From: Gemmatimonadota bacterium
GTDB lineage: Bacteria; Gemmatimonadota; Gemmatimonadetes; Gemmatimonadales; GWC2-71-9
Length of the DNA stretch: 43,550 nucleotides
Direction of reading: 5' to 3'
Assembly: GCA_003220985.1 (NCBI GenBank)
Contig: QHTY01000150.1
Span: forward strand, 1-43,550
The notes under the pieces were generated by a model. It searched no databases, was not told the origin of the DNA, and saw nothing but the letters and a program-made list of their open reading frames with translations. Shown here one piece after another: positions 25,614 through 33,312 of the stretch (within the stretch, counting starts at the first letter, position 1; each line of letters begins with the position of its first letter). Both the position numbers and the translations under genes were made by a program.

Positions 25614-28088
25614 GTGACCGAGCCCTTTGCAGAGCTGAACGCCGCACTACCGCCACACTATATCATCGATCGCGAGCTGGGCCGCGGCGGCATGGCCCTC
25701 GTCTACCTCGCCCGCGACACGCGCCATGAGCGTTTCGTCGCGCTGAAGACGTTGCGGCCCGAAATCGCGGTGGCGCTGGGCCGGGAGCGGTTCCTGCGCG
25801 AGATCAAACTCGCGGCGCGCCTACAGCATCCCAATATCTTGCCGGTCTACGACTCGGGCGACGCGGGTGGCACCCTGTATTACGTCATGCCGTTTGTCGA
25901 AGGGGAGTCCCTGCGCGACCGGCTGGATCACGAGCCGCAATTGCCCGTGGACGACGCACTGCACATCGCCCGCGAGGTCGCCGAAGCGCTCGCATACGCG
26001 CACGATCACGACGTCGTGCATCGCGACATCAAGCCCGAGAACATCATGCTTTCGGGCGGACACGCCATCGTCACCGATTTTGGTATTGCGCGCGCGGTCA
26101 GTGCCGCCGGGGGCGACAAGCTGACGCAGACAGGCCTCGCTATCGGCACGCCGGCCTACATGCCGCCGGAGCAGGCGTCGGGATCGGGCCAGGTCGACCG
26201 CCGCAGCGACATCTACAGTCTCGCGTGCGTGCTGTACGAGACACTCGCTGGGCAGCCGCCGTTCACCGGACCGACGGCGCAGGCCATCATGGCGCGCCAT
26301 TCGCTCGATTCGGTGCCGCGATTGAAAATCGTGCGCGATGCAATTCCCGACGAGCTCGAGCTCGTCATTGAGCGCGCGCTCGAGAAAGTGCCAGCCGACC
26401 GGTATCAGACATCGGGCGAATTCGCGAAGGCGTTGACCGCAGCGAGTACCGGCACGGTCTCGCGCGTGACCGCCGCGCGCCGGCACACGCGCAGGCAGCT
26501 GGTGTGGCGGCGTCCGGTCACGGCGGGAATCGGCCTCGGCGCGCTGGCGCTGATCGCCGGCGCGTGGCTGCTGTTCGGCCGCCACCGCGATGGCGGTGCG
26601 AGCGCCGGGGGAAGCCTCGCGCCGAATCGTGTTGCGGTTCTCTACTTCAACGACGCGAGTCGCGACAGTTCACTCCGGTATTTGGCGGACGGCGTCACCG
26701 AATCGCTGATCGACCAATTGAGCGCGATTCGCGCCCTGGATGTCATATCGCGCAACGGCGTGGCGCCGTTCCGCGGACGCGACATCCCACGCGACTCGAT
26801 TGCGCGCGCGCTCGACGCTGGGACGCTGGTCGAAGGCGAAGTGGAGCCGGTCGGCACGCGGGCGCGCGTGACCATCCGGCTCGTGGACGGCGCGAGTGGC
26901 GCCGACGTCGGGCGCCGACAGAGCTTCGAGTTACCGGTCGACGCGCCGCTCGCGATTCGCGATTCGCTCGTCAACCAGGCCGCGATCCTGCTCCGCGAGC
27001 GCCTGGGGGATGAAGTCCAGCTGCGCGAACAGCATGCCAGTACGAAGAACGTCGCCGCGTGGTCGCTCGTGCAGCGCGCCGAGCGGCTCCGCAAAGACGC
27101 CGACGCCCGCCCGAACGAGGCGCTGGTGCTGTCTGCGCGCGCCGATTCGATGCTGGCCGACGCGGAGCGCGCCGATCCCCGGTGGATCGACCCGATCATC
27201 CTGCGCGGCCAGCTGCTCGACCGTCGGGCGCGACTCACACGTTCGCTCCCGGCGCTCGAGCAGGGCATAGGACACGCGAACCGCGCGATCGCGCTCGCGC
27301 CGGATGACCCCCGCGCCATCGAACTGCGTGGCACGCTGCGCTATCGCAAGTGGTTCCTGTTCCGTCCCGCCGATCCGCGCGAGGCGGCGGCGTTGCTCGA
27401 TGATGCCCGCAAGGACCTGGAGCGCGCGACGAGCATCGATCCGAGCCTGGCAAGCGCCTTTGCCACGTTGAGCCACCTCTACTATCAGACAAAAGATCTG
27501 CAGGCGGCGGCACTCGCGGCACGGCGCGCGTATGAAGAAGACGCCTATCTCAGCAACGCCGCGGACATTCTCTCGCGGCTCTTTTTCACGTCGTACGATC
27601 TCGATCAACAGCGGCAGGCCCAGCGCTGGTGTCAGGAAGGGCTGCGCCGGTTTCCTCGCGACTATCGATTCTCGCAGTGCCAACTCTACATGATGACGCG
27701 GCTCGAGGTGCCGGATGTGCCACGCGCGTGGAGCGCCCTAGCCAGTATCGATTCGCTCTCGCCGCCGCCGCAGCGGGCCCTGCAGCATCTCGAGAATCAG
27801 ATGTTGGTGGCGGCAGTGATTGCGCGGGCGGGGTTACGTGACAGCGCTCATCAGGTGATCACGCGCTCGCGCGGCACTCCAGAGGTCGACCCCGAGCACG
27901 ACCTGGTGGCGCTGGAGGCGTTCGTCCGGACGCTGCTGGGTGAACAGGACGAGGCTATCCGCTTGCTACAGCGCTACGTAGCCGCCAACCCCGAGCACTC
28001 CTTCCGCATCGGTGGCGACATCTTCTGGTGGTGGTGGGACCTCCAAAAGCATCCGGGCTTCCAGGCACTCGTACAACCGCATTCGTGA
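25614..28088 (+). CDS. Ser/Thr protein kinase with TM helix, extracytoplasmic TolB-N-like domain and TPR-like C-terminal region
   Basis: GRGGMALVYLA, VALKTL, HRDIKPENIML, TDFGIAR, GTPAYMPPEQ, TM GIGLGALALIAGAWLLF, then a long helical-repeat region. Start taken at GTG 25614, 4 nt after the upstream stop. The track start at 25500 overlaps the previous gene. Confidence 0.9.
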   Translation: MTEPFAELNAALPPHYIIDRELGRGGMALVYLARDTRHERFVALKTLRPEIAVALGRERFLREIKLAARLQHPNILPVYDSGDAGGTLYYVMPFVEGESLRDRLDHEPQLPVDDALHIAREVAEALAYAHDHDVVHRDIKPENIMLSGGHAIVTDFGIARAVSAAGGDKLTQTGLAIGTPAYMPPEQASGSGQVDRRSDIYSLACVLYETLAGQPPFTGPTAQAIMARHSLDSVPRLKIVRDAIPDELELVIERALEKVPADRYQTSGEFAKALTAASTGTVSRVTAARRHTRRQLVWRRPVTAGIGLGALALIAGAWLLFGRHRDGGASAGGSLAPNRVAVLYFNDASRDSSLRYLADGVTESLIDQLSAIRALDVISRNGVAPFRGRDIPRDSIARALDAGTLVEGEVEPVGTRARVTIRLVDGASGADVGRRQSFELPVDAPLAIRDSLVNQAAILLRERLGDEVQLREQHASTKNVAAWSLVQRAERLRKDADARPNEALVLSARADSMLADAERADPRWIDPIILRGQLLDRRARLTRSLPALEQGIGHANRAIALAPDDPRAIELRGTLRYRKWFLFRPADPREAAALLDDARKDLERATSIDPSLASAFATLSHLYYQTKDLQAAALAARRAYEEDAYLSNAADILSRLFFTSYDLDQQRQAQRWCQEGLRRFPRDYRFSQCQLYMMTRLEVPDVPRAWSALASIDSLSPPPQRALQHLENQMLVAAVIARAGLRDSAHQVITRSRGTPEVDPEHDLVALEAFVRTLLGEQDEAIRLLQRYVAANPEHSFRIGGDIFWWWWDLQKHPGFQALVQPHS

Positions 28089-28119
28089 CGTAGCTCACAA
28101 AACGCGTGACATAGCTCAC
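28085..28119 (+). promoter_or_regulatory. 14-nt direct repeat GTGAC(G/A)TAGCTCAC x2 spaced 21 nt, candidate activator/repressor site
   Basis: gtgacgtagctcac at 28085-28098 and gtgacatagctcac at 28106-28119 (13/14 identical). They end 3 nt before a TTGACG -35-like hexamer. Confidence 0.4.
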
Positions 28120-28122
28120 TTC

Positions 28123-28151
28123 TTGACGGGTCGCCGGATTGAGGATCTAAT
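28123..28151 (+). promoter_or_regulatory. possible promoter of the lipoprotein paralog locus (TTGACG-N17-TCTAAT)
   Basis: TTGACG at 28123-28128 and TCTAAT at 28146-28151. This would give a leader of about 100 nt before ATG 28259. Confidence 0.4.
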
Positions 28152-28258
28152 TAGCCCCTGCGACAAAGAAGCATCTCGGCCGTAAACGTTGCCCGCCCGA
28201 CCGTCCCAGACTGCGCCCAGCTGGGGGTTGTCCGCGAGCCCCAACTGGGAGTTGCCCT

Positions 28259-29443
28259 ATGAAGCGAATCGCCTTCCTGTCTCTCGTTTTTGCCGGAATC
28301 GTCGGCTGTCACGCAGATCAGGCGTTACCGCCGGGACCGTCGGCGGAAATCCAGGACGCCACGCACCTCGATGGTAACCCGTTCTTCTTTTGGCTCCCAC
28401 CGACCGTAAACCAACAAGCCCCATCAAGCCAAGTCTTCTCGAGCAAACTCCGCCCGGTCATCACGATCATCGACCAGGGACCTGCTGGCGCACCATCAGG
28501 CAACTGTCAAGCCGACAACACCGTGCGTACGTTCTCCGGATCCGACATCACCGTGAGCAACGCGACCTACCACGTGAACTGGCGCACCGACCAGGATGAC
28601 CTCCATGCGGAGTGCACGTATCGCATCACGGTAAACGTCGGGCCGAGACTGGATTCGCCAGAGCTTGGTCATGCCGACGTCGATCTTGTCAGCAGTGGCA
28701 ACCAACTGAAGAACGTCGATACCGACGAATTCATCCCCCTGCTCGATGGTCGGACGTTGCCGATCACTTTTTTCGTCGGCGTGGGAGCGACCTGCTAGCC
28801 AGCGGGGGGCCCGGACTGCGGTGAGGGAGTGGCAAGGCCGGGTGCGAACACGCTCATTGTCACAAACAGCGGCAACGCCGGTGTCTTCATTCCCGCGGGT
28901 GCGGTCAATAATGAGACCACCATCACCATCCAGTCAGTCGATGAGCGATTTGGGGAGGGCGAACAATGCATTCCGGGGTTGGCCGCCCAATTCCCCGGCG
29001 CGCCAGAGACGACTGACAACGGCTGTTACGACTTCCGCGCCGACCCGCCGCTCGCTGCCGTCAACGACAATGACGGCACCTTTAACGCAGGGTTCAACGC
29101 GACCGTCGCGATCTGCCCGCCGATCGCGGCCATGGCCCTCCCTCATGAGACGCTCGATGAGCTTGTGCTCTTCCGGTTCGATGACTTCGGGGAGGGCGGA
29201 ACGAGACTGGACGCGCTCGAGAACGTCCAGGCCCCGTTCCTGCGTTGCGACCCTCACTACTCACCATCCTTTGGCTCGCGCGGCTCTCTCTTCGGGGACT
29301 TGGCGCGAACGTTCGCGGCTATCGTCAGTCCGCGTCCGCTCTACGCGGGCACCCGTCGCATGATGTTTGATCTGGGCGCCGGCGGCAGCACAGATGGCTT
29401 CAGCCGTTTCGCGTGGGCTCTGCCGGCGCCGCCCCTCGAGTAG
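28259..29443 (+). pseudogene. uncharacterised lipoprotein, copy 1 of a tandem paralog pair, interrupted by an in-frame TAG at 28796-28798
   Basis: Track ORFs 28259..28798 and 28829..29443 are in the same frame. The read-through sequence ...ITFFVGVGATC*PAGGPDCGEGVARPGANTLIVTNSGNAGVFIPAGAV aligns with ...ITFFIGVGSQCERVDSDCGEATVQPGQSTTIVTTQGQAGVVVPAGAV of the intact paralog. Lipobox LVFAGIVGC. RBS GGGAG. Confidence 0.7.
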
Positions 29444-29467
29444 GAAGTAGCGGTCGGGCGGTTGATG

Positions 29468-29501
29468 AAAGGGCGGCTCGCCGGAGCCGCCCTTGCTTTT
29501 T
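29468..29501 (+). terminator. Rho-independent terminator after lipoprotein copy 1
   Basis: GGGCGGCTC (29471-29479), loop gccg, GAGCCGCCC (29484-29492), followed by TTGCTTTTT. Confidence 0.7.
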
Positions 29502-29633
29502 GCCATGGCCGCCCAGGCCCTCCCCCCCATGGAATTACATCCTCCGGTCGAGAAGACATGATTCTCCTGCGCGATGGTGCGTCGGCCCCCTCCGCCCTTT
29601 GTTTCTTCTTTATCTCACGTCGGATACCCTACA

Positions 29634-31250
29634 ATGAAGTGTCGCTCAAGCTATCTGCGGTACGTGGCGATCGTCGCCCTTGGGGTCGCCTGTCACGGCG
29701 ACCGCAGCTATTCGGCTGGCCCCACTGCGCTCTTCCTCGACGCCAATCACGACGGCAACGTCTTCTTCGTCTGGCTTGCCCCGATGCTCAACCAGGGAGC
29801 CCCCGCCGGCCAGGTCTTCTCCAGACAGCTCAGTCCGATCGTCACCATTACCAATCTCTGCAACGGCGAAATCATTCGCACGCTGGCGGGATCGGACGTA
29901 CAGGTCGAGGCCGCCGATTACAAGACACCCTGGCACACGGCCGACGACAACCTCAATTCGGCCTGTACGTATCGGATCACGACGACGGCAGGGGCTCGCG
30001 AGTTGGGCGTGGCCGATGTGGACGTCGTGGACAGCGGCAATGAGCTGAAGAATGTCAACACAGGCGAGTTCATCCCGCTCCTCGCCGACCGCACGCTTCC
30101 GATCACATTCTTCATCGGCGTCGGCTCGCAATGTGAGCGCGTGGATTCAGACTGCGGCGAAGCGACTGTGCAGCCCGGACAAAGCACCACGATCGTGACG
30201 ACGCAGGGTCAGGCGGGGGTGGTCGTCCCCGCCGGCGCGGTGGACCAACCGGTCACGCTCATCATCGAGTCCGCGGACGATCGCCCCTGCATCCCAGGGT
30301 TACCCGAGCCTGTGTTCCCGGGTGACGTCGGCGCCGTCGGCAATTCGTGCTACGATTTCCACACGGAGCCGCCGCTCACTGAAGTCAACGCCAGCGGCAA
30401 ATTCAACACGCCAGTGACCGTCGGGATTTGCCCGGTAATCGGCGGTCTCGATCATGCGACGTCGGACTTGCTCCAGATCTTCCAGCTGCACGTCGGCGCA
30501 GACCCGCCGATCCGCGCATTGAACAACGTCCCCGCGCCGTTCTTGCACTGCGATCCTGGGTACAACGTGCTGGGATCCCGGGGATCCCCCCGCTCCCTCC
30601 TCGGAGCCCTCGCCGCGAGACTCCGCTCGCTGGTCACGCCGCGGCCGCTGTTCGCGAGCACGAGGGCGCTGTTTGATTTGGGCGCCGGCGGGAGCACGGA
30701 CATGTTCAGCCGGTTCACCTGGGCGCTGCCCAGCGAGCTCGGCCTGAACTTCGATCAGACCCCAGAGCTCGAATCGATTTTGCCCGGTGCGTCGGTGAAC
30801 TCGGTGTATTCCCGGCTTGGCGTCACGTTCACCCGGAGCAATCCACTCGGCCTGTGCCCCGGGACCGCCGTGTACGCGAACGATTACGGGCTGCTCGGGT
30901 TCAACTCCGGTCAGAACAACATCAGCGTCTGTCCGCTGGGCGTCGCGTCGGACTTCAGCCAGTACAGCTACGGCACCATCAAGGCGTCGTTCGTCGTCCC
31001 CGCAGCCGAGGCCTGCATCAACGCGACACCGACCGGATTCCACAACATCTTCCCGGGTGGCGTGGCGTTCATCGAGGCACTCGACGCCAACGGCAACGTC
31101 CTGAGCCGGACGGAATCGACGACGGACCGCACATCCCAGCGACTCTGCGTCAGTGGGGATGGCATTGCGGGAGTGCGGTTCGCGGGCAAGGGCTCGGCCT
31201 ACGCCATTTTTGACGACCTCTATTGGACACGAATACCTCCGGCCCCATAG
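29634..31250 (+). CDS. uncharacterised lipoprotein, copy 2 (intact, with an extra C-terminal domain of about 150 aa)
   Basis: MKCRSSYLRYVAIVALGVAC is a lipoprotein-like signal. It is collinear with copy 1: NVFFVWLAP/NPFFFWLPP, CTYRIT, ELKNVNTGEFIPLL/QLKNVDTDEFIPLL, CIPGL, CYDF, PRPLFASTRALFDLGAGGSTDMFSRFTWALP/PRPLYAGTRRMMFDLGAGGSTDGFSRFAWALP. An alternative ATG lies at 29574. Confidence 0.75.
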   Translation: MKCRSSYLRYVAIVALGVACHGDRSYSAGPTALFLDANHDGNVFFVWLAPMLNQGAPAGQVFSRQLSPIVTITNLCNGEIIRTLAGSDVQVEAADYKTPWHTADDNLNSACTYRITTTAGARELGVADVDVVDSGNELKNVNTGEFIPLLADRTLPITFFIGVGSQCERVDSDCGEATVQPGQSTTIVTTQGQAGVVVPAGAVDQPVTLIIESADDRPCIPGLPEPVFPGDVGAVGNSCYDFHTEPPLTEVNASGKFNTPVTVGICPVIGGLDHATSDLLQIFQLHVGADPPIRALNNVPAPFLHCDPGYNVLGSRGSPRSLLGALAARLRSLVTPRPLFASTRALFDLGAGGSTDMFSRFTWALPSELGLNFDQTPELESILPGASVNSVYSRLGVTFTRSNPLGLCPGTAVYANDYGLLGFNSGQNNISVCPLGVASDFSQYSYGTIKASFVVPAAEACINATPTGFHNIFPGGVAFIEALDANGNVLSRTESTTDRTSQRLCVSGDGIAGVRFAGKGSAYAIFDDLYWTRIPPAP

Positions 31251-31300
31251 AACTGTAGCACCCTTCCTTTTTGCGTTCCCGGGCCGCCTATTGTGCCGCG

Positions 31301-32152
31301 ATGGCTCGGGAACTGATCGGGCGGGTCCGCCAGGCGCTGGGCGATCGCTATAACGTCATCACCGCGGTGGGGCGCGGCGGCAATGCCACGCTCTACGGCG
31401 CCTTCGATAGGGACGGCCGCAGGGTCGCGATCAAGGTGCTGCATCCCGAGCTCGCCGTCTCCGTCGCCGCCGATCGGTTTCTGCGCGAGATTCGCTACGC
31501 CTCGACGCTCGACCACCCGCACATCGCGCCGCTGCTCGATTCCGGCGAAACCGACTACCTGCTCTGGTTCGTGATGCCGTTTGTCGCCGGTGAGACGCTG
31601 CGGCAAGTGATCCGCCGCGAGCGGATGCTGCCGATCGATCGCGCCGTCCGCGTCGCCACCGAGGTCCTCGACGCGCTGGGGCACGCGCACGAGCGGGGGC
31701 TCGCGCATCGCGACATCAAGCCGGACAACATCGTGCTGTCGGCCGAGGGAAGTGGCGCGATCCTGGTCGATTTCGGGATCGCGCGGGCGATCGCTCATTC
31801 GGGCGAGGACCGCGTCACCCGCAGTGGCTTCGTCGTGGGCACGGAGGAATACATGAGCCCCGAGCAGGCGGGCGGCTCTCCCGATATCGACGGCCGGACG
31901 GACATCTATTCCCTTGGCGTCGTGCTGTTCGAAGCGCTCGCCGGCCGGCCCCCGTTCGCCGCCGCGAGCGCGGCCGCGGTGCTCGACATGCAACAGCACG
32001 CCCCTCCACCGGATTTGCGCAAGCTGCGGCGCGACGTGCCCCGCGCGCTGAGCGATACCATCATGAAAGCCCTCTCCAAGGCCCCCGAGGCGCGCTGGCA
32101 AACCGCCGCCGACATGCGGCACGCCCTGCTTCCCTATGCCTTAGTGACCTGA
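31301..32152 (+). CDS. Ser/Thr protein kinase, kinase domain only (283 aa)
   Basis: GRGGNATLY, VAIKVL, FLREI, HRDIKPDNIVL, VDFGIAR, GTEEYMSPEQ. Start chosen at ATG 31301 (MARELIGRV). Confidence 0.9.
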   Translation: MARELIGRVRQALGDRYNVITAVGRGGNATLYGAFDRDGRRVAIKVLHPELAVSVAADRFLREIRYASTLDHPHIAPLLDSGETDYLLWFVMPFVAGETLRQVIRRERMLPIDRAVRVATEVLDALGHAHERGLAHRDIKPDNIVLSAEGSGAILVDFGIARAIAHSGEDRVTRSGFVVGTEEYMSPEQAGGSPDIDGRTDIYSLGVVLFEALAGRPPFAAASAAAVLDMQQHAPPPDLRKLRRDVPRALSDTIMKALSKAPEARWQTAADMRHALLPYALVT

Positions 32153-32153
32153 C

Positions 32154-33312
32154 ATGCGCTGGCTGCTCGCGCTGCTCCTCGTCCCGTCCTCGCTCCCGGC
32201 GCAAGGTCGTCCGCGCGCCCGCGACCTAGGCGTGCCATTCGACGGCACCCCGGGGCCACTCGACGCGATCACCGACGTCGCAGGGGTGACCGTCGGGCAT
32301 AGCACGATCATCAGAGGGCAGGGGAAGCTCGTGGTGGGCCAGGGCCCCGTCCGCACGGGGGTCACCGCGATCTTCCCGCGCGGCGCGACGAATGGTGACC
32401 CGGTCTTCGGCGGCTGGTTCACGCTCAACGGCAACGGCGAGATGACGGGCACCACGTGGCTCGAAGAATCGGGATTCCTCGCGGGGCCCGTGATGATCAC
32501 CAACACGCATAGCGTCGGCGTCGTTCGCGACGCGGTCATCGAATGGCTCGTCCGCAAGGGCTTCGAGTTCGACTGGTCGCTCCCGGTCGTAGCGGAGACC
32601 TGGGATGGCGCACTCAACGACATCAACGGCTTTCACGTCACAAAAGAGAACGCCTTTGCCGCGCTCGACAGCGCCCGTGGGGGTGCAGTCGCCGAAGGCA
32701 ATGTGGGCGGCGGCACGGGCATGATTTGCAACCAGTTCAAGGGCGGCATCGGCACGGCATCGCGGCGGCTCCCGACGACCAGTGGCGGGTACACCGTCGG
32801 GGTGCTCGTGCAATGCAACTATGGCTCGCGTGCGCGGCTCTCCATCGCCGGCGTCCCCGTGGGACAGGAGATCCCGGATCTGCTGCCGTGCCGGGATTCG
32901 ATCCCTGGCGTTGCACGCCCGGGTGGGGCCCGCCGCTGCGAAGATGCCGAGCGCGGGTCGATCATCATCGTCATTGCGACCGACGCGCCGCTGCTGCCGG
33001 GTCTCTCTCGGCGTGGGCCGGCTCGGAGGATTGGGCGGCAATCCCTCCGGTGACATCTTTGTCGCCTTCTCCACGGCGAATCCCGGCGCGGCGAAGCCCG
33101 AGGCAAACGTCAGCGTCACGATGCTTCCGAACGAGCGGATCACACCGCTGTTCGAAGCAACCGTCCAGGCGACCGAGGAGGCAATCGTCAACGCGATGGT
33201 AGCAGCCGAAACGATGACCGGAAGCAACGGCCTGCGCGTCTACGCTCTGCCTCACGACCGCCTGCGCGCCGCGCTCCGGAAGTACAACCGGCTGATCGAG
33301 CCGCGGCGGTGA
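32154..33312 (+). pseudogene. P1 family peptidase (DmpA / S58 L-aminopeptidase-D-esterase-like), frame broken near 32999-33010
   Basis: Frame 1 gives a signal-like MRWLLALLLVPSSLPAQG, then ITDVAGVTVGH...GVTAIFP...LNGNGEMTG...PVVAETWDG...GGGTGMICNQFKGGIGTAS...GSIIIVIATDAPLLPG, then nonsense and a TGA at 33051. The other frame continues SLGVGRLGGLGGNPSGDIFVAFSTAN...EEAIVNAM. The usual helix of about 10 residues between APLLP and LG.GR.G appears to be missing. Confidence 0.7.

Noticed and set aside
29611-29618. TATCTCAC upstream of lipoprotein copy 2 as a third copy of the TAGCTCAC repeat seen upstream of copy 1
   Set aside because: It is a single 7/8 match without the GTGAC half and without a partner repeat, so it could easily be chance.
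29629-29634. TACAAT hexamer as a -10 box for lipoprotein copy 2
   Set aside because: It abuts or overlaps the ATG at 29634, so it cannot serve a normal leadered transcript. I have no evidence for leaderless initiation.
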